This document shows, piece by piece, positions 38,578 to 48,344 of a stretch of DNA of 54,694 nt. The stretch is from NCBI GenBank assembly GCA_964386185.1, contig CAYLRJ010000003.1, forward strand, positions 1-54,694, written 5' to 3'. The position numbers and the translations under genes were made by a program. Below the pieces are notes generated by a model. It was not told where the DNA came from, did not search any database, and saw only the letters and a list, made by a program, of their open reading frames with translations. Each line of letters opens with the position of its first letter. The first letter of the stretch is position 1. The stretch comes from an uncultured Anaerolineaceae bacterium. GTDB taxonomy: Bacteria; Chloroflexota; Anaerolineae; Anaerolineales; DRMV01.

Positions 38578-38609
38578 CTTCCCGCTTCCACGTCTGGTGG
38601 AAAGCCATC

Positions 38610-38700
38610 TCGCACGCTTCCTGACTCGCCGGGGCGTGCCAGGCAGAGGGCCGCTGCCTGGTGCCGCGCGAGGACGACGGAAGCGGAGGAAAAACGCTAA
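38610..38700 (+). promoter_or_regulatory. Probable S2 (rpsB) autogenous leader RNA
   Basis: CGCTTCC/GGAAGCG closing stem followed by GAGG, inner CCAGGCAG/CTGCCTGG hairpin; position matches known rpsB leaders; not covariance-checked. Confidence 0.55.
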
Positions 38701-38709
38701 GGAGGTTTT

Positions 38710-39675
38710 ATGGCTCTGGTTTCAATGAAAACCATGCTGGAATGTGGCGTGCATTTCGGGCATCGCACCCGCAAATTGCACCCCAAAATGCGCCCGTATG
38801 TCTTTACGGAGCGGAATGGCATCCACATCCTCAACCTGCAAATCACCCAAAAAGCCTTGCGGCAGGCTTATGACCTGGTGCGCAAAACCGTGGCCGAAGG
38901 CGGCACGGTGCTCTTTGTGGGCACCAAACGCCAAGCCCAAGAGACCATCGCGGAAGAAGCCAACCGCTGTGGCATGCCCTATGTCAACTACCGCTGGCTG
39001 GGCGGCACCTTGACCAACTGGCGCACCATTGGCCAGCGCGTGCGCTATCTGGAAGAGCTGGAACGCCGCCGCGACGCAGGCGAATTTGACCGCTTGCCCA
39101 AAAAAGAAGCCTTGCGCCTCAACCGCCAGATTGAACGCCTGCGCCAGCGGGTGGGCGGCTTGCGCACCATGAAAGGCCTGCCTGATTTGGTCTTCGTGGT
39201 GGATGTTTGCCGCGAAGAAACGGCCATCAAAGAAGCCAACCGTTTGGGCATCCCGGTCATCGCAGTGGTGGATTCCAACTGCGACCCCAGCCGGGTGGAT
39301 TATGTCATCCCTTCCAACGACGATGCAATTCGCGCCATCAAATTGATCGTGGGCAAAATTGCCGACGCGGTTTTGGAAGGCAAAGCCATCCGCGAAAAAG
39401 AACAAGCCGAAGCAGAAGAAGCCGCGGCCCAGGCTGCTGCTGAGGCGGTAGCGATTCCCGAAGCACAAGACGAAGCCCAGGCCGAACTGTCTGACGAAGA
39501 GCTCCTGGGCGCTGCCACGCTGGAAAAAATCCAGCAAATGGAAGCCGCGGACGCGGCCCCAGAGGCAACCGCCGAGGCCGACGCGCCCGCCGAAGCGCCG
39601 GCGGCCCAGGAAGAGGCCGCGGCAGAGGCCGCAAGCGAAGAGGCCGAGGCCGAAAGCCAGACCGAAGAAGCCTGA
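38710..39675 (+). CDS. rpsB: 30S ribosomal protein S2 with a long Ala/Glu tail
   Basis: [44 protein letters not shown]. Confidence 0.98.
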   Translation: MALVSMKTMLECGVHFGHRTRKLHPKMRPYVFTERNGIHILNLQITQKALRQAYDLVRKTVAEGGTVLFVGTKRQAQETIAEEANRCGMPYVNYRWLGGTLTNWRTIGQRVRYLEELERRRDAGEFDRLPKKEALRLNRQIERLRQRVGGLRTMKGLPDLVFVVDVCREETAIKEANRLGIPVIAVVDSNCDPSRVDYVIPSNDDAIRAIKLIVGKIADAVLEGKAIREKEQAEAEEAAAQAAAEAVAIPEAQDEAQAELSDEELLGAATLEKIQQMEAADAAPEATAEADAPAEAPAAQEEAAAEAASEEAEAESQTEEA

Positions 39676-39759
39676 TTACTCGACCCCCGACACCAAGACC
39701 ACGCAGGCATGGCCCCCCCATGCCTGCGTGCCATGCCACCAGATTGAAGGAGAACAACG

Positions 39760-40392
39760 ATGGCTGTGACCATGGACCAAATCAAAGAACTCCGCGCGGC
39801 AACGGGCGCGGGCATCATGGATTGCAAAAACGCGCTCGTCGAGGCCGATGGCGATTTCGACAAAGCCGTGGAAATTTTGCGCAAGAAAGGCCTTGCCAAG
39901 GCTGCCAAGCGGGCCAACCGTGAAGCCTCGGAAGGCGTGATCGAACTCTACTCCCACGGCGATGGCCGAGTGGGCGTGATGGTCGAAGTGAACTGCGAAA
40001 CCGACTTCGTGGCCCGCTCTGAGGCGTTCCGCAAATTTGCCCACGAGGTCGCATTGCAAATCGCGGCCATGTCGCCCCAATACGTCTCGGAAGAAGACAT
40101 CCCCGAAGATGTCTTGGCCCGTGAGCGCGAAATTGCCCGCGAACAGGCCCTGCGCGAGGGCAAACCCGAGAAAATCGTGGAACGCATCGTCGAAGGCCGC
40201 CTCAAGAAATTCAAAGACGAGGTTTGCCTGCTCAACCAAGCCTATATCCGCGACGACAAAATCACCATCCGTGACTTGCTCAACCAAAACATTGCCGCGA
40301 TTGGTGAAAACATCGTGATTCGGCGCTTCGTGCGCTGGGAACTCGGCGAGTTCAGTGCTGCCGACGCCAACAAAGAGGAAGCGGCGGCGTAA
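39760..40392 (+). CDS. tsf: Elongation factor Ts (short form, 210 aa)
   Basis: IKELRAATGAGIMDCKNAL, EVNCETDFVA, IRRFVRWELGE. Confidence 0.97.
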   Translation: MAVTMDQIKELRAATGAGIMDCKNALVEADGDFDKAVEILRKKGLAKAAKRANREASEGVIELYSHGDGRVGVMVEVNCETDFVARSEAFRKFAHEVALQIAAMSPQYVSEEDIPEDVLAREREIAREQALREGKPEKIVERIVEGRLKKFKDEVCLLNQAYIRDDKITIRDLLNQNIAAIGENIVIRRFVRWELGEFSAADANKEEAAA

Positions 40393-40407
40393 CCCCGACC
40401 GTCTCTC

Positions 40408-40436
40408 AAAGCCAACCCCCCAGGGTTGGCTTTTTT
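40408..40436 (+). terminator. Intrinsic terminator after tsf
   Basis: AAAGCCAACCC-CCCA-GGGTTGGCTTTTTT. Confidence 0.8.
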
Positions 40437-40438
40437 GA

Positions 40439-41197
<759 letters not shown>

Positions 41198-41409
41198 AAA
41201 AGCCGTCAGGTGACGGGGGCGCTTCTGTGCGCAGGCAAAGCCCAGGAAGCGCCAAAAAGGCAGCGGGGCGCGTTCCCTGGCAGTTGGGAAACCGCTCGGC
41301 TGTGACGCGCCGGCTGGCCGTTGGGCGGCCGAGGCAAGCCCGTACTTCGTGCAGATTTCTTGGCTGCTGCTCAAGCAGCATGGTATAATTGCGCCCTGCA
41401 AGGGCAGAC

Positions 41410-41504
<95 letters not shown>

Positions 41505-41511
41505 GTGTGAA

Positions 41512-41540
41512 AAAGCGCCCGCAAAAAATGCGGGCGCTTT
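41512..41540. terminator. Hairpin terminator, probably bidirectional
   Basis: AAAGCGCCCGCA-AAAAA-TGCGGGCGCTTT between converging units. Confidence 0.75.
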
Positions 41541-41563
41541 GGTTTTGGGCTGTTTTCTCGAAA

Positions 41564-42928
41564 CTACGGAAGCCATTGTGGCATGACCGCGTTGGCGACC
41601 ACCAAAGTGCTCTGGCCGGTCTGAAGGTCATAGAGCCATACTTCGGGCGGCTGGGTCAAATCAACCTGGTTGGTACGGGTGTAGGCCAGCAGCGTTGCGT
41701 TGGGATGCCAGGCGAAATCCAGGTGGTTGTAATTGGCCGCGTGGGTGACTTGGAACGCGCCTGTGCCGTCAGGGTGCATCAGCCAGAGCTGGCGTCCGGG
41801 CGTCCAGTGCTCTGGGTCCAAGGCCTTGCGCCCGAAGGCCAACCATTGCCCATCGGGGGAAAAGGACGGTGTAGCGTCTTCCAAATTGGGGTCTTTTGTA
41901 AGGTCGGCCGGCTGAAAGTGGGTGCCCAGCCGATAGCGCCAGAGATGGGCGGCCAAGTAGGGCGCTTGGGAAGGGGCCTGTGTGGCCGCGGGGGTGCCTT
42001 CCAAGAGCAACGCCACGGCAATCAGGCTGTGGCCATCGGGTGACCAGGCCGCGCTTTCCCCAGTGTCATTGGCGAAAAAGGCAACTTCTTGGCCGTCTTG
42101 AGGTTGTACCACCACGTAACCTCGGCGGGTGGCATCGTAGTAGGCCAACAGCCCCTCAGAAGACCACAGGGGGCTGTAGGTGACATGCGTAGCCGGGATG
42201 ATGGGGTTTTCGCTCTGGTCGTTTAGAGCCAGCAGGTGAACCCGAGTTGCCCCGTGGGGGCCGTCGCTGCGCTCGTAAGCCAGCCAATGGCCCTCGGGCG
42301 AGGGGCGGGGGTTGAGGCATTGGTCGTTTTGGCACGCCAGCAAGCGCTGCGCCTCGGGCACGGCTTCCCCTTGGATGCTTAGCCGGTCAACGACGAAAAT
42401 GTCGGCCCCTAAACCGTTAGAGGCGCTGAAATACACAAAGCGGCCGTCCGCGCTGACTGCATAGCCGCGCACGCCCCCCGTGGCTGTCAGCCGTTGGGTG
42501 GCATCCGTGGTGAGGTCGCGCGCATACACGTCGGGGTTGTCGGCCGGCCAGAGGTAAGCCAGCATCACCTCCGCTACGGTGAATTGCCACTTTTCCCCCT
42601 GCAGCAAAGGCAGGCCATTGGCGCCTTTGAGCCCTGCCAGCACCTCTACGGTGACTTGTTGGCCGGGGTCCCAAGGTTGGGTGGGGGTGAAAACGGCCTG
42701 TTTGCCTTCCACTTGCCAATGGCCGGGCACGTCGGGGGTGAAACGGACGTGGGTTGCCAGGCTCTCAAGCCGCACAGGGCGTGAAAACGTCAGCCGCACA
42801 GGCACCGCGCCGCTGGGTACATCGTCTTGCTGGGGGAAGACCGCCACCAAACGGGGCGCAGCCCACCATCCTGCTAAAAGGGCCACCAAGACCCCAACGC
42901 CTATCAAACCTGCTAATCGGCGTAGCAT
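41564..42928 (-). CDS. Membrane-anchored Ig-like (SbsA/Big_5-like) plus TolB-like PD40 beta-propeller protein
   Basis: N-terminal TM segment; RLTFSRPV...FTPTQPW; repeated SPDG/FSPDGQWLAF/WSPDG. Confidence 0.75.
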   Translation of the reverse strand: MLRRLAGLIGVGVLVALLAGWWAAPRLVAVFPQQDDVPSGAVPVRLTFSRPVRLESLATHVRFTPDVPGHWQVEGKQAVFTPTQPWDPGQQVTVEVLAGLKGANGLPLLQGEKWQFTVAEVMLAYLWPADNPDVYARDLTTDATQRLTATGGVRGYAVSADGRFVYFSASNGLGADIFVVDRLSIQGEAVPEAQRLLACQNDQCLNPRPSPEGHWLAYERSDGPHGATRVHLLALNDQSENPIIPATHVTYSPLWSSEGLLAYYDATRRGYVVVQPQDGQEVAFFANDTGESAAWSPDGHSLIAVALLLEGTPAATQAPSQAPYLAAHLWRYRLGTHFQPADLTKDPNLEDATPSFSPDGQWLAFGRKALDPEHWTPGRQLWLMHPDGTGAFQVTHAANYNHLDFAWHPNATLLAYTRTNQVDLTQPPEVWLYDLQTGQSTLVVANAVMPQWLP

Positions 42929-42931
42929 GGC

Positions 42932-43426
42932 TCAATCCCTTTGGGGGGCAGGGGTCGCAAAGGTGCTGATTTCCAGTTGGGGGAGGGCTTGTTGGAGGAC
43001 GTCGGGCGTGAGGATGATGGCCGCCTTGAACACGCCAGCGCCCATTGAGAGTTCGGGTTGCTGGAAGATGCGTTCGTCGGCCAGAATGCGGATGGGCGTG
43101 GGAAGCCCCAAAGGGCACACCGTGCCCACGGGGTAGCCGGTCACGTCTCGGACTTCTTCAGGGGTGGCCATGGTAATGCGCCGCTGCCCTAAGTAGCGGC
43201 GGAGGGTTGGCCAGTGGGCTCGATAGCCGCCAGGAATGAGCACCATCACGAACGAGCCGTCTTCCAGCCGAAAGAGCAAACTGCGGACGACTTGTTCGGG
43301 CTTTTGCCCGCGCAGGGCCGCGGCTTCGGGCGCGCTTTTGGGGTGATGGTCGTGTTGCACCACCCGATAGGGCAGCCCCAGCGCGTCCAGGGTTTGGGTT
43401 GCGGGGGTTTGAATGGGGGTTTCCAT
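42932..43426 (-). CDS. YbaK/EbsC family aminoacyl-tRNA deacylase
   Basis: VVRSLL, TGYPVGTVCPLG, SMGAG. Confidence 0.85.
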   Translation of the reverse strand: METPIQTPATQTLDALGLPYRVVQHDHHPKSAPEAAALRGQKPEQVVRSLLFRLEDGSFVMVLIPGGYRAHWPTLRRYLGQRRITMATPEEVRDVTGYPVGTVCPLGLPTPIRILADERIFQQPELSMGAGVFKAAIILTPDVLQQALPQLEISTFATPAPQRD

Positions 43427-43453
43427 GTGGTTATCTTACCACAAGCCACGGCG

Positions 43454-43486
43454 AAAAGAAAAAGCCCCGCCTGGCTTCGCGGGGCT
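43454..43486 (-). terminator. Terminator after the CAT tRNA
   Basis: Minus strand AGCCCCGC-N8-GCGGGGCT then TTTCTTTT. Confidence 0.75.
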
Positions 43487-43490
43487 AAGG

Positions 43491-43562
43491 TGGCGAGGGA
43501 GGGATTTGAACCCACAACCAAGGGCTTATGAGTCCCCTGCTCTACCATTGAGCTACCTCGCC
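43491..43562 (-). tRNA. tRNA with CAT anticodon (elongator Met or Ile2; not initiator)
   Basis: GGCGAGG/CCTCGCC acceptor, CTCATAA loop, TTCAAAT T loop, A73, CCA not encoded; G1-C72 paired. Confidence 0.88.
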
Positions 43563-43570
43563 GCCCGCAA

Positions 43571-43599
43571 AGTATACGCGCGGGCGGGAGGTTTGTCAA
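43571..43599 (-). promoter_or_regulatory. Promoter of the CAT tRNA
   Basis: TTGACA, 17 bp spacer, TATACT on the minus strand. Confidence 0.85.
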
Positions 43600-43631
43600 T
43601 ATTTCGGCGGTGACTTTTTCTGCAAAAGCTT

Positions 43632-45512
43632 TCACACGCGGTTGAGTTGTTGGATGGCTATTTCCAGGCCGTCGAGGGTGCCCAGCAGGGTCATGTGGTC
43701 GCCCAAACGGAGGCGCGTGTTGCCGTGGGGGATGATGAAGGCGTCGTCGCGGCGGATGGAGAGCACCAACACATCGGGCGGGAGGGGCAAGTCGCGGAGG
43801 CGTTTGCCATCCAGGTGGGGGTTGTCAATGAGGCATTCGCAGACGTCTTGGTTGTCTTTGGAGGCTGTGAGGAGGTGGACGAAATCAGGGTTGCGCACCA
43901 ACAAGGTGAGCATGTTGGCGATGAGCATGGTGGGCGAGTAGGTTCTGACGCCCATGGCGCGGAGGCGTTTGCCGGCCGAGGGGCCGGGGGCCAGGGCGAT
44001 GACATTTTCCATGCCCAATTGGCCGCGCGCGATGCGGCAGACTTCCAAGGCTTGGGCTTCGTCGCTGTGGGCGCAGACCAGGGCGCGGCTTTCGGCGAGG
44101 TGGGCTTCCAGGGCTTCTGGCGTGGCCACGTGCAGGGTGTGCAGGCCGCGTTCTTGGGCGCGGGCCACGCGTTTGGGGTCGGGGTCGAGCAGCAGGTGGG
44201 GCTCTCCGTGGTCGCGCAGGATCTCCGCGACCTGAATGCCCACCGTGCCTGCGCCTGCGATGGCAATGGGGCGGCGTCGGATGCGCTCCCGACGGTTCCC
44301 CATCATGCGGCTGAAGATGAGCGGCGCGCCTGTGACCGTAATCATGGCTACCAGGATGATGGCCATGACCACCGTATCGGAAAGCACCCCCAAATCGCGG
44401 CCGATTTCTGCAGCCGCGATGATGAGCGAAAGCCGAGCCGAGAGCAGCGCCCCACCGGCCAGGCTTTCGCGCCACGAAAAGGCTTTGCGAAAGAGCAGCG
44501 CCGGCAGGCTTTTGACCAAAATCGCCCCCGCCAGCAGGAAGAGCACCAGCGCAATGGCTTCGGCAGAGCCAAAAACCGCACCGACATCAAATTTGACCCC
44601 GACCATGATGAAGAAAATCGGGATGAAAAAGCCATAGCCCATGGCTTCCAGTTGGTGCATGAGGGTGTGGTCTTCGGGGTCTAAGAGCAGCGCCACCAAC
44701 AAACCCGCCAAAAATGCCCCCAAGATGACTTCCACGCCCAAAAATTCGGCCAGCGCCACAAAGAAAAACATCAGGAAGAAGGAAAGGCGCATTTTGGCCT
44801 GGCCAGTGGCGTGGCTCATTTCGTCCAAGAGCGGGGTCAGCCCCGGAAGCATAAAGGTGCCCAGCCGGTAAAACGCAAACAGCACCACGAAGAGCACGCT
44901 GATGAGCAGGATATCTACGGTCAGGCCATAGGAAACCACCGCGACTTCAAAGGTGATGAGGAGCATGGTCACAAAATCGGCGATGAGGGCAGAAAGCAGC
45001 AAGGTTTGCCCATAGCGCCCGCCGATGAGCCCGGTCTCTTTGAGCACTGGCACGACCACGCCCAGCGATGTAGTCGAGAGGATGAGGGCCATGAGGAAGA
45101 TGTCGCTCACCAACCCCAATTTCCAGAGGAAGAGGGCAACCCCCGCGGCCAGCAACAAGGTGAGGGCAAAGTGTGCAGCCGCCAAGATGAGGGGGCTGTT
45201 TTTGTCGCGGGTGCCGCCTTTTTGAACGGCCGCGCCAAACCCCAAACTGGTGAGGTCAATTTCCATGCCGGCCAGGAACATGAGAAAAACAAAGCCAAAT
45301 TCCGAGAGAAAGGTGAGCGTGGGGTCGTCTTGAGGCACCCATTGGAGCCCACTGCGCCCCACGATGATGCCGGCCAAGATTTCGCCGACCATGATGGGCA
45401 ACGAGAGGCGTTTGAGCCGCCCCAGCAAAAGTGGTACCGCGGCGGCCAGTGTGACAACCAACAACAGGGGCACCAAAGAAGAGGTGTTTTCGGCAACGGG
45501 AGCAAAATGCAT
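43632..45512 (-). CDS. CPA2 monovalent cation:proton antiporter with TrkA-N and TrkA-C (RCK) domains
   Basis: GEILAGII.G, MFLAGMEID, TSLGVVVPVLKE, GAFLAG, PIFF; C-terminal GAGTVG and PHGNTRLRLGD. Confidence 0.9.
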   Translation of the reverse strand: MHFAPVAENTSSLVPLLLVVTLAAAVPLLLGRLKRLSLPIMVGEILAGIIVGRSGLQWVPQDDPTLTFLSEFGFVFLMFLAGMEIDLTSLGFGAAVQKGGTRDKNSPLILAAAHFALTLLLAAGVALFLWKLGLVSDIFLMALILSTTSLGVVVPVLKETGLIGGRYGQTLLLSALIADFVTMLLITFEVAVVSYGLTVDILLISVLFVVLFAFYRLGTFMLPGLTPLLDEMSHATGQAKMRLSFFLMFFFVALAEFLGVEVILGAFLAGLLVALLLDPEDHTLMHQLEAMGYGFFIPIFFIMVGVKFDVGAVFGSAEAIALVLFLLAGAILVKSLPALLFRKAFSWRESLAGGALLSARLSLIIAAAEIGRDLGVLSDTVVMAIILVAMITVTGAPLIFSRMMGNRRERIRRRPIAIAGAGTVGIQVAEILRDHGEPHLLLDPDPKRVARAQERGLHTLHVATPEALEAHLAESRALVCAHSDEAQALEVCRIARGQLGMENVIALAPGPSAGKRLRAMGVRTYSPTMLIANMLTLLVRNPDFVHLLTASKDNQDVCECLIDNPHLDGKRLRDLPLPPDVLVLSIRRDDAFIIPHGNTRLRLGDHMTLLGTLDGLEIAIQQLNRV

Positions 45513-45599
45513 GAGAGGTTATCTCCAAAGCGCAAGATGTTGGTCAGGCCATACCCCGCACCCTGGCCAAAACAAGAAGGGGCGCCGCGCGCCCCGACG

Positions 45600-45824
45600 T
45601 TATTTGAGCCAACGAGCCAGCAAGTTGAGGATGACGGTCAGCGCCACCGAAACCAGAATGGACGTCGCCAAAGGGAAGACGCACGTCACGTTGCCTCGCC
45701 GAAACACAAAGTCGCCGGGTAGATGCCCCAGCGGAAAGCCCCAGCGGGCCAACAACACCAGCAATCCGCCGATGAGGAAGAGAAGCGCACCCAAGAGCAT
45801 GAGCCAACGACCGAGGGGTTCCAT
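45600..45824 (-). CDS. DUF2905-like small membrane protein
   Basis: LGHLPGDFVFRRGNVTCVFPLATSILVSVALT. Confidence 0.8.
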   Translation of the reverse strand: MEPLGRWLMLLGALLFLIGGLLVLLARWGFPLGHLPGDFVFRRGNVTCVFPLATSILVSVALTVILNLLARWLK

Positions 45825-45940
45825 CGTACGTTTCCTTTCAGCCTGGGTTTCAGCCTGGGTGGGTTGGCACAGGGCTTTGCTTGGCAGCAGCCCCTTGGTG
45901 TGTCGCGCGTGTGCCAAACGCGCGGGTTGTGCTTGCGAGG

Positions 45941-46963
45941 TTAGAACAGCCGAGATTGCTGCTCGTCGGGGTAGGGGATGCCTAAATGTTCGTAGGCTGC
46001 GCGGGTGGCGATGCGGCCTTGGGCTGTGCGTTCCAAAAAGCCCAAGCGGAGCAGATAAGGCTCGACGACTTCCATGATGGTATCGGGGGCTTCGCTGACC
46101 GAAGCCGCGATGGTGTTGAGGCCGACGGGCCCGCCGTGGTATTTTTCGATGATGGTGTGGAGCACGCGGCGGTCCACGTCATCCAGCCCTAAGGGGTCCA
46201 CGTTGAGCAAATCGAGGGCTTCGCGGGCGACCTGGTCGGTGATGACGCCCTGGGCGCGCACTTGGGCGTAATCGCGCACCCGCCGCAGCAGGCGCAAGGC
46301 CACGCGCGGGGTGCCGCGGGCGCGGCGGGCAATCTCGGCGATGCCTTCTTCTGTGGCCTCGACGCCCAGGGCCTGGGCTGCCCGGCGCACGATGGTTTGC
46401 ATGGCGGCTTGGTCGTAATAATCCAGCCGATAGACCGCACCGAAGCGAGCCCGCAACGGCGCGGTGACCAGCGCCAGGCGCGTAGTCGCCCCAACCACGG
46501 TAAAGCGGGGAAGGCGCAGGCGCACCGAGCGTGCCGCTGGGCCCTTGCCGATGACGATATCCAGCGCAAAATCTTCCATCGCAGGGTAGAGCACTTCTTC
46601 CACCGCCCGCCCCAAGCGATGCACTTCGTCAATGAAGAGGATGTCGCCAGCGCGCAAATTGGTCAAAATGGCAGCCAGATCGCCGGCGCGTTCGATGGCA
46701 GGCCCCGACGTGACTTTGATGTTGACGCCCATTTCGTTGGCCAAAATGTGGGCCAGCGTGGTCTTCCCCAGCCCTGGCGGGCCATAGAAGAGGACGTGGT
46801 CTAAAGGCTCCCCGCGCTGTTTGGCCGCGGCGATGAGGATGGCCAAATTTTCTTTGACCTGCGTTTGGCCAATGAGGTCCGCGAGTTTGCGGGGGCGCAG
46901 GGCATAATCGTTGGGGTCGCCGGCTTGAGGTTCTGGGCTTACCACCCGCTGGTCGGTGTTCAT
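45941..46963 (-). CDS. ruvB: Holliday junction branch migration ATPase RuvB
   Basis: [42 protein letters not shown]. Confidence 0.97.
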   Translation of the reverse strand: MNTDQRVVSPEPQAGDPNDYALRPRKLADLIGQTQVKENLAILIAAAKQRGEPLDHVLFYGPPGLGKTTLAHILANEMGVNIKVTSGPAIERAGDLAAILTNLRAGDILFIDEVHRLGRAVEEVLYPAMEDFALDIVIGKGPAARSVRLRLPRFTVVGATTRLALVTAPLRARFGAVYRLDYYDQAAMQTIVRRAAQALGVEATEEGIAEIARRARGTPRVALRLLRRVRDYAQVRAQGVITDQVAREALDLLNVDPLGLDDVDRRVLHTIIEKYHGGPVGLNTIAASVSEAPDTIMEVVEPYLLRLGFLERTAQGRIATRAAYEHLGIPYPDEQQSRLF

Positions 46964-47145
46964 GGTGCTGATTATATCAGGAATGCGCGCGGTCGGGTGG
47001 GCTTTCTGCAGGGGGAGGTGTGGGCAGGGGGGCAGGCCAGGGGAGGGGGGCAGTTGCGGGCGTTTTCCCGCCGGGGCAAAAGCGCCGCGGCCGCGCTTGC
47101 GTTGTGCGGCCGCGGAAGTGGGTGAAGGTTTAAGGGCCAAGCCAC

Positions 47146-47174
47146 TTGACAAACATTTGCTAAATTTCTATAAT
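47146..47174 (+). promoter_or_regulatory. Consensus sigma70 promoter of the LacI/ABC operon
   Basis: TTGACA, 17 bp spacer, TATAAT. Confidence 0.9.
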
Positions 47175-47183
47175 GAAAGCGCC

Positions 47184-47201
47184 TTCCAAAACGTTTTGGA
47201 A
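47184..47201. promoter_or_regulatory. LacI-family operator
   Basis: Perfect 18-bp palindrome TTCCAAAACGTTTTGGAA with central CG, just downstream of the -10 box. Confidence 0.85.
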
Positions 47202-47238
47202 AGCCCCATTCCCCCTCTTTTGCAGAAAAAGTTGCTTT

Positions 47239-48258
47239 ATGGCTGAGTCGGTAACGATTAAAGACATCGCCCAGCGGGTGGGCAAATCGGTGACCACGGT
47301 CTCTCGGGCCTTGCATGGCTATTCTGACGTGGCCCCCGAAACCCGTGAATTGGTGCAGGCTGTGGCGCGCGAGATGGGCTATATCCCCAACGTCATGGCC
47401 CAGCGCCTCCAAAAACAGCGCACGGAAACCTTGGGCTTGATTTTGCCCACATTCGGCCCCCGTTTTTCGGACCCGTTTTTCAGCGAGTTTGTCGCCGGCG
47501 TGGGAAATCAGGCCGCAGAACGTGGCTACGATTTGTTGCTCTCGACCCGTTCGCCCGGCGAAGAGGAAATCGCTGCCTACCGCCAAATGGCGTTGGGCCG
47601 TCGGGTGGATGGCTTCCTCATCATCCGCACCCGCCAGCACGATGAGCGCATCCGTTTCTTGCAAGAGGTGGGCTTCCCCTTTGTCGCTTTTGGCCGCACC
47701 GAGCCGCCGTGCGATTTCCCGTACGTGGATGAAGACGGCCAAGAAGGAATGCGCCAAATGGCACACCACCTGGCCGATTTGGGCCATCGCAAGATCGCCT
47801 ACCTCTCTCCGCCCTTGGATTTGATGTTTGCCCGCTATCGTTTGGCGGGCCTCAAACAAGGGCTGGCTGAGCGTAATCTCGTTTTGGCTGAGGAAAACTT
47901 GCGTGTGGGGTCGTTGACCGAACACAGCGGCTACGTTTTGGCGCACGAGCTGCTCACGCGGGAAGATCGCCCCACAGCCTTGGTTTGCGGCAACGATTTG
48001 ATGGCCATCGGCGCGATTCGGGCAGCCCAAGAGCGCGGGCTCAAAATTGGCGTTGACCTCGCAGTGACAGGGTTTGACGACATCCCCTTGGCGCAACATA
48101 CCTTTCCCCCCTTGACTACGGTGCATCAGCCCATCTATCGCATTGCCAAACAAGTGACCACCATGTTGATTGACTTGGTTGAAGGCAAACCCCTGGAACA
48201 CCCGCATGTGTTATTGAAACCCCAATTGGTTGTGCGGGAATCAACCCGCCCCCGCTGA
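47239..48258 (+). CDS. LacI-family transcriptional regulator
   Basis: VTIKDIAQRVGKSVTTVSRAL, Y.PN..AQRL, TALVCGNDLMAIG, VTGFDDI, LTTVHQP. Confidence 0.95.
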   Translation: MAESVTIKDIAQRVGKSVTTVSRALHGYSDVAPETRELVQAVAREMGYIPNVMAQRLQKQRTETLGLILPTFGPRFSDPFFSEFVAGVGNQAAERGYDLLLSTRSPGEEEIAAYRQMALGRRVDGFLIIRTRQHDERIRFLQEVGFPFVAFGRTEPPCDFPYVDEDGQEGMRQMAHHLADLGHRKIAYLSPPLDLMFARYRLAGLKQGLAERNLVLAEENLRVGSLTEHSGYVLAHELLTREDRPTALVCGNDLMAIGAIRAAQERGLKIGVDLAVTGFDDIPLAQHTFPPLTTVHQPIYRIAKQVTTMLIDLVEGKPLEHPHVLLKPQLVVRESTRPR

Positions 48259-48344
48259 AAGGAGGTGTGTCGCACAAAAATTTTTTGTTTGCTGCTCGTG
48301 CTATCCTTGATTTCCGGTTTGGAGAGCCTAAGGAGGAAAGCCCC

